Made by a program: the position numbers and the translations under genes
DNA from: Candidatus Cloacimonadota bacterium
GTDB taxonomy: Bacteria > Cloacimonadota > Cloacimonadia > Cloacimonadales > TCS61
Length of the DNA: 50,415 bases
Reading direction: 5' to 3'
Assembly: GCA_016935235.1 (NCBI GenBank)
Contig: JAFGRJ010000161.1
Coordinates: forward strand, 1 to 50,415
Shown: positions 26,396 to 35,782 of the stretch, piece after piece
How the letters are laid out: every line of letters begins with the position of its first letter
How positions within the stretch are numbered: position 1 is the stretch's first letter
The notes under the pieces: model-generated
The model's database searches: none
What the model saw: the letters and a program-made list of their open reading frames with translations, nothing else
What the model was told of the DNA's origin: nothing

Positions 26396-27571
26396 CTAGA
26401 ATTTATACTGCACTCGTGAGCACAGCTCAAAAACAGAATCGGAATCGCCATAATAATCTTCATTGGGCATTGCCATTGCACCCACCAGATCAAAAGCCAG
26501 AGGTTTATAGATATCCCAGTTGAAACCAAGATCGAACTCCATACCCCGGTTAGTTTCATCATTCACTTTCTCAACTGTGTTCAAATAACCGCAAGCAACC
26601 TTGATCTTCATGTCGTCAGTGAAGGGATAAGCTCCGGTAAGAATTGCGTTCATGGTTCCCAGGGTACCGTTGTTGGTTCCAATCCAGCCAATCTGTTGAC
26701 CATCATGGATATTACGACCGAAGATTTCCAGACCATTGAAATTATATTCGGCAATGGTGTTGAAAATAGTAGTTTTTTCCGGATCCTCACCATCATCGCC
26801 ACTTACATAGACGAATTCCAGACCCAGTTCCAGGGCAGACTTGTATTTTACCTTGAAATCAACAGCATAACCACCATTGGTGACATCTTCATTACGGGCA
26901 ATCCTGTCATCCATCTTGTAATGACCATAATTGTACATCGCCTGTATATCGAATATCACTTTATCCAGAGTATAAATGAAATATGGCATGAGCCAGGCAT
27001 CGATGTAATCTCCTCCGTTGTATCTTCTCACGATATTCTCAATACCGAAATTTTTATGATAATAGTTGAGGAAAAACAGGTCTGTGTCGTCATCGGCATC
27101 ATAATCATTTTCCAGCAGTTTTGCTGTACCAATCTGGACAGCTCCCGGTCCGATCGACTTCTTGAGCATGATGGCACCCATATCAGCTCCCAGGACAAAG
27201 CTGTTGTGATCCTCAAACCTCAATAAACCGATCGAGGCATTGAAACCGGATTTGGGACAGACAAAGTCCAGATAGAGATGTTTGGTTTCCACATTTATGC
27301 CATCAGTATTAACACCACCTCCTGACTGTAACTCTCCCCAATCGATATCACCGATTTCCAACTGCCAGACAGCTTTCAGATTTTCACTGAAAGAGGGGAT
27401 AAAAGACATACGTAGACGCGTATCGATATAACTGTAGGTAGGGGTATCCTCCCCGATATAGTTATACATGGCCATGCGTGTCCTGAGCACACCCTTGTAG
27501 CTGAAAGTTGTCTCTGCAGAAAGAACTGCCAGCATCGTTAAGATCAATAAAACGAAAATTGTCTTCTTCAT
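26396..27571 (-). CDS. Outer-membrane beta-barrel protein, family unassigned
   Basis: Has the signal peptide MKKTIFVLLILTMLAVLSA and a C-terminal '...RVQYKF' with an aromatic terminal residue typical of BAM substrates. AAAGGAGG lies before the ATG. Confidence 0.5.
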   Translation of the reverse strand: MKKTIFVLLILTMLAVLSAETTFSYKGVLRTRMAMYNYIGEDTPTYSYIDTRLRMSFIPSFSENLKAVWQLEIGDIDWGELQSGGGVNTDGINVETKHLYLDFVCPKSGFNASIGLLRFEDHNSFVLGADMGAIMLKKSIGPGAVQIGTAKLLENDYDADDDTDLFFLNYYHKNFGIENIVRRYNGGDYIDAWLMPYFIYTLDKVIFDIQAMYNYGHYKMDDRIARNEDVTNGGYAVDFKVKYKSALELGLEFVYVSGDDGEDPEKTTIFNTIAEYNFNGLEIFGRNIHDGQQIGWIGTNNGTLGTMNAILTGAYPFTDDMKIKVACGYLNTVEKVNDETNRGMEFDLGFNWDIYKPLAFDLVGAMAMPNEDYYGDSDSVFELCSRVQYKF

Positions 27572-27675
27572 CTAACCTCCTTTAATGCCCTTGGTTCAGA
27601 ATAAACACTTTTAATGTCAAGCGAAAGTTTACCATTTACATTTGCTTATTATTGTAAAGCAGCAATCAAGAGTGA

Positions 27676-28962
27676 TTACTGGCGGATAACAGGAATGAAG
27701 ACAATACTGAGAGTATCGGTCATGGCGTTACCGGCAGGATCAGCACCAGATATGCGGAATTCATAGGATGCATAATTACGGAGGGATGCAGCCGGTTGAA
27801 AACTGAACTGCAGGGAAGGCGCACGCTTCCAGGTCAATTCAGGGAATTCTTCATTCTCGATACCTTTTAGGGAAACCTGAATATTTTCCGGGAAAATGAT
27901 TTCAGAAAAAATGGTCTCGATCTCTGGTTTCAGAATATCTACTGTCGCCCCGTTCCTGGGTTTATGGGATAATATCCGCGGAGGTATCCGGTCAGGATCA
28001 TTACTGCCCATCAGGAATAACTCTGATTTATCGCAGAGGTTTCCTTTGAGATCGTACAGGTCAATTATTTCCAGCCTGTAACGAAGTGTGTCCAGAGGTT
28101 CTGTAACCAGAAGAAGTCTATCGTCGTTCAGATAATCAGCTTTTATATTCATCTGTCTGCTCAGGGAATCTGCCGTGAAGAGCCAGACTGCTTCATAGGA
28201 AGCTACAGATTCGCTGAATTGTACGTTGATCTGGGTTGAAGAAGGTACAGAGGCTGATATCATTTCGGGTCTCAGGGTATCCTGGTAGGTCATTTCCAGA
28301 TCAATATTGGAAAATTCCCGGGCTGGGATGAAAACTTCCGTATAGGGCTCGCTCTCGTAATCAAACCTGCCATTGCCATCCTTATCGACATATGCCTTTA
28401 AGATATGATCCTCTGCATTCAGATTCTCGAAACGGTAATTACCCTGAACTGTAATCACTCTGAATATAAACAGAGAATCGTAGGAAAATAAACGCAGATT
28501 GACCGGTAAAGAAGCATCTTCAGGTAATTCAAACACAATGCTGCCTGAGATGACCTGCTCCTGCAATTTACCATTCCTGAAGACAAAGATATAGTCCCGA
28601 TCCAGCTTGTTATCATGCTCGCCCTTGATGCTGGTGTTGAATGAGAAGAAATAATTGCTGTCTTTCTGTAATTCTTCCAGTAAAGTTATCGAAAGGACAT
28701 TCTTATCCCAGGAAAGCTTCTTCTTGATCACAGGGGGATAAATATAGAATCCTGTAAGTATGGTATTCCTTTCTATGGGCTTGGAAAAGGTTACCTCTAT
28801 TTTACCTTCTCCCAGATCAGAAAATTCTCCGGGACTTATATCGATTATCTCAGGAGCGATCAGGTCTTTTTCTCCCCCGGTAGGAGATTTCTTGTGACCG
28901 CAATCAGCCACCAGGAATAATAATGAAAGGAGAAGTATGACCCGCAGGATTTTATTGATCAT
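27676..28962 (-). CDS. Lipoprotein with Ig-like (SbsA/Big-type) domains
   Basis: Has the lipobox-like 'LFLVADC' and repeated 'D..(A/P)P.I' domain starts. The start overlaps the recR 3' end by 11 nt. Confidence 0.5.
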   Translation of the reverse strand: MINKILRVILLLSLLFLVADCGHKKSPTGGEKDLIAPEIIDISPGEFSDLGEGKIEVTFSKPIERNTILTGFYIYPPVIKKKLSWDKNVLSITLLEELQKDSNYFFSFNTSIKGEHDNKLDRDYIFVFRNGKLQEQVISGSIVFELPEDASLPVNLRLFSYDSLFIFRVITVQGNYRFENLNAEDHILKAYVDKDGNGRFDYESEPYTEVFIPAREFSNIDLEMTYQDTLRPEMISASVPSSTQINVQFSESVASYEAVWLFTADSLSRQMNIKADYLNDDRLLLVTEPLDTLRYRLEIIDLYDLKGNLCDKSELFLMGSNDPDRIPPRILSHKPRNGATVDILKPEIETIFSEIIFPENIQVSLKGIENEEFPELTWKRAPSLQFSFQPAASLRNYASYEFRISGADPAGNAMTDTLSIVFIPVIRQ

Positions 28963-29554
28963 TTACTTTATATCTTCGCTTCAGCGCATTTCCCAGGGTA
29001 ATGGAAGTGGTATATTCGATATCACCCCCGAAGGGTATGCCGGTGGATAACCTGGTAATTTTCCCGATTTCTGTCGCCAGTTCCGCTGCCAGAAAATTTA
29101 TTGTGCTCTCTCCTTCAGCTGAAGGGTTCAAAGCCAGGATAATCTCCTTTACCTGGTGTTGCCGCAGATATTCACAAAGAGCGGGAAAGTTAATCTGGTC
29201 AGGTCCGATCCCGTCGATCGGTGAAAGCAGATTGCTGAGTACAAAGTAACGTCCGTTAAACTCATTGGTCTCCTCGATCAGATATACATCCTGGGTATTT
29301 TCCACTATGCAGAGCAGATCATCCCGGCGGTTCGGTGCACGACAAAATTGGCAGGGATCATCTTCACTGAGCAGGTTGCATACCGAGCAGTTTCGATATT
29401 TTTCTACCGCTGTCTTGATGGATTCTGCCAGAGCTATGGCTTCTGCTTTGTTCATGCGGATTAAATGCATAGCCATTCTACGGGCGGATTTATTCCCTAT
29501 CCCTGGTAATTTCTTCAGATGCTGCACCAGCAGTGCCAGAGTACCTGTGAACAT
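28952..29554 (-). CDS. recR: Recombination protein RecR
   Basis: Has the HhH motif 'LPGIGNKSARRMAMHL', the C4 zinc finger 'CSVCNLLSEDDPCQFC' and a Toprim region 'LCIVENTQDV'. Confidence 0.9.
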   Translation of the reverse strand: MFTGTLALLVQHLKKLPGIGNKSARRMAMHLIRMNKAEAIALAESIKTAVEKYRNCSVCNLLSEDDPCQFCRAPNRRDDLLCIVENTQDVYLIEETNEFNGRYFVLSNLLSPIDGIGPDQINFPALCEYLRQHQVKEIILALNPSAEGESTINFLAAELATEIGKITRLSTGIPFGGDIEYTTSITLGNALKRRYKVNDQ

Positions 29555-29563
29555 AGGAGTTGA

Positions 29564-29890
29564 TTAAACCAGACCTGGCAGGTTCAGACCACCGGTGAAT
29601 TTTGACATTTCGTTTTCAGTGGTTCTGGTGATTTTTTCCTGAGCTTCATTGATAGCGGCAATTATAAGGTCTTCCAGCATCTCAACATCGTCGGGATCAA
29701 TCACTTCCGGATCAATTTTAACAGCCAGTACCTGATTTTTCCCGTTCATTTTCACCTTTACCATTCCGCCACCGGAAGAGCCCTCAACCACCATATTGCT
29801 GAGCTCCTCCTGGGCTTTAGCCAGATCTTTCTGCATCTTCTGGGCTTGCTTCATCAGGTCTTGAATACCTTTTTTACCACCCGGAAACAT
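29564..29890 (-). CDS. ybaB: Nucleoid-associated protein YbaB/EbfC
   Basis: A 108-aa protein with 'MKQAQKMQKDLAKAQEEL...SGGGMVKV..NG' typical of the family, in the conserved position upstream of recR. Confidence 0.9.
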   Translation of the reverse strand: MFPGGKKGIQDLMKQAQKMQKDLAKAQEELSNMVVEGSSGGGMVKVKMNGKNQVLAVKIDPEVIDPDDVEMLEDLIIAAINEAQEKITRTTENEMSKFTGGLNLPGLV

Positions 29891-29941
29891 TTTGCGCTCC
29901 TCGTTATTTTATATTTATAAAAACGTACCTGCGAAATAACG

Positions 29942-30787
29942 TCAACAATTTGTTTTCTTGATCTTCAATCCCAATCGATATATACGATTCTTCCCGACCT
30001 GGCAGCTTTCACTGATTTTCTTCACAGTTTCCTTCAATGTGCAGCCCTGATCGAGGTAAAAAGTGATTTTTTCGAGTATTTCATTTTCACTTATTTCATG
30101 AGGAATATAGCCTGCGACAACTATGACAAACTCACCCTTCAGATTGAGCCTGTCAGGATAAGCAATGAGTTCATCAAGAGTGCCCCTGTATACACTTTCA
30201 TGTATTTTCGAGATCTCCCTGGCAATAGCTATTTCGCGATTCCCCCAATTAGACCTGAGCAGGGTCAAAAAATCCAGAAGCCGATGGGGAGCTTCATAGA
30301 ATATCAAGGGAACTCTCACTGTCCTAAGCTGATCGAACAATTTTCTGATAAGGCTTTCTTTCTCCGGGATGAAACCGACAAAATAAAAGCTGTCTGGATT
30401 AAAACCTGAAATCACCATGGCAGCTATTAGTGCTGTAGGTCCTGGTAAGGCACAGACATGATACCCCTGGGTTATTGCTTCCCTGATGATTATATAGGCT
30501 GGATCAGATATTCCCGGAGTACCGGCATCAGATACAATAGCAACATCTCCCCCGCTGGCAATCAAATCCAGTATCCTGGCAGTCCGCTCCCTTTCATTGA
30601 ACTTGTGATAGCTGATCATGGGCGTTTTTATCTCGTATTTCTGCAGCAGTTTATAAGTAACCCTGGTATCTTCCGCAGCTATCAGATCCACTTCTTTGAG
30701 TATTCTCAGTGCCCTCAGGGTTATGTCTTCCAGATTCCCGATTGGCGTTGGTACGATGAACAGCCTACCCTTATCTTTTTTTGCCAT
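29942..30787 (-). CDS. rsmI: 16S rRNA (cytidine1402-2'-O)-methyltransferase RsmI
   Basis: 'LFIVPTPIGNLEDITLRALRILKEVDLIAAEDTR' and 'VSDAGTPGISDPA' are hallmark tetrapyrrole-methylase-fold RsmI motifs. Confidence 0.85.
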   Translation of the reverse strand: MAKKDKGRLFIVPTPIGNLEDITLRALRILKEVDLIAAEDTRVTYKLLQKYEIKTPMISYHKFNERERTARILDLIASGGDVAIVSDAGTPGISDPAYIIIREAITQGYHVCALPGPTALIAAMVISGFNPDSFYFVGFIPEKESLIRKLFDQLRTVRVPLIFYEAPHRLLDFLTLLRSNWGNREIAIAREISKIHESVYRGTLDELIAYPDRLNLKGEFVIVVAGYIPHEISENEILEKITFYLDQGCTLKETVKKISESCQVGKNRIYRLGLKIKKTNC

Positions 30788-30876
30788 AGTGCGCTTAATA
30801 TTTCATAGTGAATTATGTGCAAGTTTTTTATCTTCAGGCAACTTACCACCGGGCAGCAGAATGTTTGATGCTACTC

Positions 30877-30904
30877 AAAAAAAACAGGGAGCAGAACTCC
30901 CTGT
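30877..30904 (-). terminator. Rho-independent terminator after kbl
   Basis: The minus strand reads ACAGGGAG-UUCUG-CUCCCUGU followed by U7-8 (A-run at 30877-30884 on the plus strand). It lies 32 nt past the stop at 30936. Confidence 0.7.
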
Positions 30905-30935
30905 TTATGATAACAATACGATTAAGCTACTACGA

Positions 30936-32162
30936 TCAGCTTTTCTTATACTTTTTGAGAATCTCCAGAACAATATCGATGTCAGCTTCAGTATGGTCGG
31001 CATTCACCTGGAATCTTATCTCTTCATCACCTTTAGGGACAACCGGGAAATTCAGACCTGTTCCCAATACACCATTTCGAGTTAGATATTTGACCAACTT
31101 CGTAGTTTCCGCAGTATCACGTATCATCAGGGGAACCACCGGATGTGGACCTTCAATTGTTTCAAAACCCAATTCTTTCAGACCGTCTTCGAACTTCTTG
31201 GTCATGGCGGCAAGATGTTCCAACCTCTGCAGACCTTCCTTAGTGTCCAGAATTTCCAGAACTTGCAATGCTGCCGCTGCCTCGGAACATGTAATGGGAT
31301 TGGAATATATATACATGGGAGCAGATTCGCGCAAATATGTGATCACAGTTTGGGAAGCTACTACATAACCCCCATTCACCCCGAAGGCTTTACCCAGTGT
31401 TCCGATCAGAATATCAACCCGGGCTCCGGTATGTTCCTCAGTGCCCCTGCCGGTTCTGCCAAAAGCTCCCACACCATGAGAATCATCGGCGATAGTAATA
31501 ACTCCTTCGTCAAATTTATCATTGAACTTAGCACAGATCCCTGTAAGTTCATGGAGGGGAGAATAGTCACCCCGCATACTGAAAATGCCATCAGTAATGA
31601 CCAAACAGCGCCTGCCCTGGCCAACCGCCTCATGCAGCCTTGCTTCCAGTTCATTCATATTATTATGTTTGTAAATCATTTTTGCTGCGGGTCGGGAGAG
31701 ACGTAGAGCCTGAATGATACAATTATGGTTCAACTCATCCGAAATCACCACTGTCTCAGCGGTGGTGAGTGGATAGATCACTCCGAGACTGGTAACATAA
31801 GCAGAGCTGAAGATCATAGCAGCTTCACGTTGATGAAACCTGGCAAGCTTATTTTCCAGAGCAATATGAAGGTCATACGTACCACTGATAAAACGAACAG
31901 CTCCCGGTCCCACCCCATATTTATGGGCTGCCTGTTCTTCTGCTGCAATCACTTCCGGGTGCATCGACATTCCCAGATACGAATTGGCATTCATCTTGAT
32001 GAATTCTTGTTCTCCAAAGCCTTCCAGAATGTACCTGGGACCAAATTTTCCCTCAGCTTTTTTTACTTTTTTAATAACCATTTCTGCGCCTTTATCTCTT
32101 CCGGTGGAACGCAGATCCGCCAGATTCTTCTCCAGGGCAGCATTCAGTTTGTTAAGCGCCAT
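30936..32162 (-). CDS. kbl: Glycine C-acetyltransferase (2-amino-3-ketobutyrate CoA ligase), alpha-oxoamine synthase family
   Basis: PLP fold type I with the Lys motif 'GTLGKAFG' and 'DDSHGVG'. It lies next to an SDR-type threonine dehydrogenase. Confidence 0.75.
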   Translation of the reverse strand: MALNKLNAALEKNLADLRSTGRDKGAEMVIKKVKKAEGKFGPRYILEGFGEQEFIKMNANSYLGMSMHPEVIAAEEQAAHKYGVGPGAVRFISGTYDLHIALENKLARFHQREAAMIFSSAYVTSLGVIYPLTTAETVVISDELNHNCIIQALRLSRPAAKMIYKHNNMNELEARLHEAVGQGRRCLVITDGIFSMRGDYSPLHELTGICAKFNDKFDEGVITIADDSHGVGAFGRTGRGTEEHTGARVDILIGTLGKAFGVNGGYVVASQTVITYLRESAPMYIYSNPITCSEAAAALQVLEILDTKEGLQRLEHLAAMTKKFEDGLKELGFETIEGPHPVVPLMIRDTAETTKLVKYLTRNGVLGTGLNFPVVPKGDEEIRFQVNADHTEADIDIVLEILKKYKKS

Positions 32163-32175
32163 AATTTTTCTCCTG

Positions 32176-32595
32176 CTATTTTATTTTTTCTATAACAACA
32201 CATGCACTGGCATAGTTCTTTATATGGGTAATGGAAACAAATATCTTATCTAATCTTTTATCTTCAAAAAAAGCTTTTGTACCACCATATAGACGAATTT
32301 CGGGCTTACCCAGTTTATCATTAATGATTTCAATCTCGTTCAGTTTGATACCATTGCTGAAGCCAGTTCCCAAGGCTTTGGAGAAGGCTTCTTTGGCGGC
32401 GAACCTGCCAGCGAAATTCATCGCTTTACATTTAAAGGAATTACAGTAGGCAATTTCAACCTCTGTAAAAACTCTCCGCAGGTACTTTTCTTTTCTACCA
32501 ATTAGTCTACCTATTCTTTCGACTTCTATGATATCAATTCCAGTGCCGTAGATCAATTTTCTTACCCGTATCCTGTCAGATGATTTTATAAGCAA
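32176..32595 (-). CDS. acpS: Holo-ACP synthase (4'-phosphopantetheinyl transferase)
   Basis: Contains 'GTGIDIIEVERI', 'AGRFAAKEAFSKALGTG', 'GKPEI' and 'SITH..YASACVVIE'. The true start may be the internal TTG at 32556 (MIYGTGID...), which gives a typical length of about 126 aa. Confidence 0.8.
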   Translation of the reverse strand: MLIKSSDRIRVRKLIYGTGIDIIEVERIGRLIGRKEKYLRRVFTEVEIAYCNSFKCKAMNFAGRFAAKEAFSKALGTGFSNGIKLNEIEIINDKLGKPEIRLYGGTKAFFEDKRLDKIFVSITHIKNYASACVVIEKIK

Positions 32596-32616
32596 ACAGG
32601 GAAAATTCAGTCATTT

Positions 32617-33567
32617 TTACTTTAATTTTTTCCCCAATACTTGCAGCATATCTTCCGTCATCCTGGTCAGGTCATATTCAAAAGCCCAACCCCATTCTTT
32701 TCGAGCTGCGGAATCATCCATATTATTGGGCCAGCTGTCAGCGATTGCCTGTCTGACGGGATCGATATCATACTCCATCTTGAATTCGGGAATGTGCTTA
32801 CGGATCTCGGCAGCTATCATTTCAGGATCAACGCTCATTGAGGTGACATTGAATGCGTTTCTATGCACAAGTCTGGAAGGATCAGCTTCCATGAGATCCA
32901 CGGCTGCTTTCAAAGCATCGGGCATATACATCATATCAAGAAAGGTCCCGGCTTTCAGGAAACATGTATACTTTTTATTCCTGATTGCTTCATAATAAAT
33001 ATCCACGGCATAATCAGTCGTCCCGCCACCGGGCAGGGTCTCATTGGAAATTATACCAGGGTATCTCAAACCTCGAGTGTCAACCCCGAACCTCTTAAAG
33101 TAATAATCACAGAGCAGTTCACCGGCTACTTTGGTTACGCCGTACATGGTGTTGGGACGTTGAATAGTGTCCTGAGGGGTATGGTCCGCAGGAGTGGAGG
33201 GGCCAAAAGCACCAATAGAACTTGGAGTGAATACAGCGCAATTATACTCACGGGCAACTTCCAGGACATTATACAGTCCATTTATATTTACATTCCATGC
33301 TAAGGCAGGTTTTGCTTCAGCCACTGCCGAGAGGATGGCAGCCAGATGGTAAATGACATCAACCCTGTATTTTTTCACTACTGCGGCTAGTTTACCACCT
33401 TCCGTACAGTCCACTATTTCAAAAGGACCTGAATTTAAAAGTTTCTCACTGGGTTTTGTCTTTCTTCCGCAAGCCACTACGTTAGTATTACCATATAATT
33501 CTCTTAACAACATTGTCAGTTCTGAACCAATCTGACCTGCAGAACCTGTAACCATTATTTTTTTCAT
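32617..33567 (-). CDS. tdh: L-threonine 3-dehydrogenase, NAD-dependent epimerase/SDR type
   Basis: The N-terminal 'IMVTGSAGQIGSELTMLLRELYG' and 'YGVTKVAGE' (YxxxK) resemble extended-SDR TDHs. The operon context with kbl supports the call. Confidence 0.7.
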   Translation of the reverse strand: MKKIMVTGSAGQIGSELTMLLRELYGNTNVVACGRKTKPSEKLLNSGPFEIVDCTEGGKLAAVVKKYRVDVIYHLAAILSAVAEAKPALAWNVNINGLYNVLEVAREYNCAVFTPSSIGAFGPSTPADHTPQDTIQRPNTMYGVTKVAGELLCDYYFKRFGVDTRGLRYPGIISNETLPGGGTTDYAVDIYYEAIRNKKYTCFLKAGTFLDMMYMPDALKAAVDLMEADPSRLVHRNAFNVTSMSVDPEMIAAEIRKHIPEFKMEYDIDPVRQAIADSWPNNMDDSAARKEWGWAFEYDLTRMTEDMLQVLGKKLK

Positions 33568-33880
33568 TACATCTCCAATTTTTTCTGGAAAAAATCTTTT
33601 CTGGCCTCATTTTGTCAACTCTAATATTAAAACTGCTTTACTTCCTACCAGCTCATCTGTGCCGTAATTTTTTCATTTATACAGTAATAAAAAAATTGTA
33701 TGCTCATATAAAATATTAATCTTGATATTAAGGATAATAAAGACATATGTATCGTTTTTTTGCTGGACAGCAGGCTGAAAAATATTAACCTTTCTTTCAT
33801 GTATTTTGGGATTATTTTTTTAAAGGAACATGATTTAAAAGTGTTTATTTTTATCATAAACAGTATTATAACTTGTTGAA

Positions 33881-34861
33881 ATGAAAATGTTAAAGATATA
33901 CCTGAACATTGTTAAAAGTAGATTTTTTACCCATTATCCACTGGCACTGACACATCATGTTACCTCCAGATGCAATGCCAAATGCAGCATTTGTGATCTC
34001 TGGAAAAGATCCAAGAACTCATCACGGGATCTTACCCTTTCCGAGATTTGTCAGATGCTGAAATCAGCAAGAAATGCTGGGATAATATCTTATACAGCCT
34101 TTGGCGGTGAGCCGCTTTTAAGAAAGGAGATCTGTGATATACTCGATTTTTCCAAGAAGCTGGGATTCCTTAATTCTCTGATCACAAACGGTTATCTGTT
34201 ACCGGAAATGGCAGATAAGATTATACCGCTTGTGGATTATCTTATCATATCGTTAGATTCCAATGATGAGCTACATGATGAGATAAGGGGGATAAAGGGG
34301 CTGCGGAACAGGATTATTAACGGTATTGAGTTAACAGCCAATCGTACCAATGTCATCATTAATACAGTAATTTCGAATCTTAATCTCGACAAAATCGACG
34401 GCCTCATGGTACTTGCTAAAGCTTACGGGGTCTCCATAACATTTGAGCCGATGGCGATATATAAAGGATTCAATGAACACCTGGCACCTAGTATAGAAGA
34501 CCTTAACAGAGCATTTAGTAAAATCTTGGCTTACAAGAAGTCCGGATTCCCTGTTGGTAATTCTCAATCCTATCTATCCAACTTTACCAATAGAAAAAAA
34601 TACGTCTGTCATGCCCCGAAAATTTATATCAAGGTCGATTTTGACGGTCGCATCTACACCTGCCAGGACATGAATTGGGGAAATATAAAGGACAGGGACT
34701 TCAAGGAAATATTTAAAAGTAAATCTTTTAGAGATTTCTGTAAGATAAACGAATCCTGTAACAAGTGTGTGGTCTCATGTGTTCTGGAAACATCTCAAGC
34801 TTATTCGCTGGATCCTGCTTTCTTTATTGATAAAATTAGATCACTTATCTCTGTCCGATAA
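33881..34861 (+). CDS. Radical SAM enzyme with a SPASM/twitch-like C-terminal Cys cluster
   Basis: Has the CX3CX2C motif 'CNAKCSIC'. The C-terminal 'CHAPKIYIKVDFDGRIYTC ... CKINESCNKCVVSC' provides seven Cys, including the C-x13-G-x4-C element. No clear SD precedes ATG 33881. Confidence 0.75.
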   Translation: MKMLKIYLNIVKSRFFTHYPLALTHHVTSRCNAKCSICDLWKRSKNSSRDLTLSEICQMLKSARNAGIISYTAFGGEPLLRKEICDILDFSKKLGFLNSLITNGYLLPEMADKIIPLVDYLIISLDSNDELHDEIRGIKGLRNRIINGIELTANRTNVIINTVISNLNLDKIDGLMVLAKAYGVSITFEPMAIYKGFNEHLAPSIEDLNRAFSKILAYKKSGFPVGNSQSYLSNFTNRKKYVCHAPKIYIKVDFDGRIYTCQDMNWGNIKDRDFKEIFKSKSFRDFCKINESCNKCVVSCVLETSQAYSLDPAFFIDKIRSLISVR

Positions 34862-35003
34862 TTTCTCAGCAATGGGAGAATAATTTAAAAAACATAGCAA
34901 ATTAAATGGTCTTAGCATTACAACTTAATAAAAAAAATTGTCTTATGGGTGGTTCCTTTGTTTTATATTTATGTAGAAGTATGTGTAAGGGACACATTAA
35001 CTC

Positions 35004-35684
35004 ATGAATTACTACAGGGAGAAACTTTCCGGCAAGCGTTTGAAGCTGTGTTATGATACTGCTCCTGCCAGGATAAAACAGTATTTACAGGCAGAAATAG
35101 AATATGTTATTTCTCATATAGAACCAACTGATTCTGTCCTGGAGCTGGGTTGTGGTTATGGACGGGTTACTATTGCCCTGGCAGAAGCAGCCCGGGAAGT
35201 AACCGGGATAGATAATGCTGCAGAAAATCTGCAACTTGCCCGGAAATTGATGAATAATTATAATAATATCAATTATTTCACAATGGATGCCATCTGCATG
35301 GATTTTCCCGAAGCCAGTTTCGATCTAGTTGCCTGTATACAAAACGGGATATGTGCTTTTCGAGTAGATCAAACAGCATTGATAAAGGAAGCACTGCGGG
35401 TAACCAGGCCAGGCGGAAAAGTTATATTTTCAAGCTATTCTGCTAAATTCTGGGAAGAAAGATTGAAATGGTTCGCATTACAGGCAAAAATGGGGCTGGT
35501 TGGTGAGATCGATTATTCCCGAACTGGCAATGGGGTGATTGTCTGCCGGGATGGTTTCAATGCTGCAGCATTGCAGGCAGAAGATTTCAAGCAGTTGTTC
35601 TCTCCCTGGAGTTGCGAAGTCTTCATTACCGAAGTAGATACTTCAAGTATTTTCTGTGTAGCCATGAAAAAATCACCTGATTAG
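35004..35684 (+). CDS. Class I SAM-dependent methyltransferase
   Basis: Has motif I 'VLELGCGYGRVT', an acidic 'GIDNA' and post-I/II motifs. The protein is 226 aa. Confidence 0.8.
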   Translation: MNYYREKLSGKRLKLCYDTAPARIKQYLQAEIEYVISHIEPTDSVLELGCGYGRVTIALAEAAREVTGIDNAAENLQLARKLMNNYNNINYFTMDAICMDFPEASFDLVACIQNGICAFRVDQTALIKEALRVTRPGGKVIFSSYSAKFWEERLKWFALQAKMGLVGEIDYSRTGNGVIVCRDGFNAAALQAEDFKQLFSPWSCEVFITEVDTSSIFCVAMKKSPD

Positions 35685-35782
35685 AAATGCATGATGAAAT
35701 TAACTATTCCGGTGAAATTCAGACTTCTTCCCGAACCACAATCATGGATATTTCTTCTGATTTACGCACTGGAATGCATCAG

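Noticed and set aside
33645-33857. 70-aa minus-strand ORF, and 11-13-codon plus-strand mini-ORFs (for example 33747..33788, MYRFFAGQQAEKY), in the AT-rich gap upstream of the radical SAM gene
   Set aside because: They are low-complexity, AT-driven sequences with no SD or a badly spaced one (AGGA 12 nt upstream). They are not convincing as RiPP precursors.
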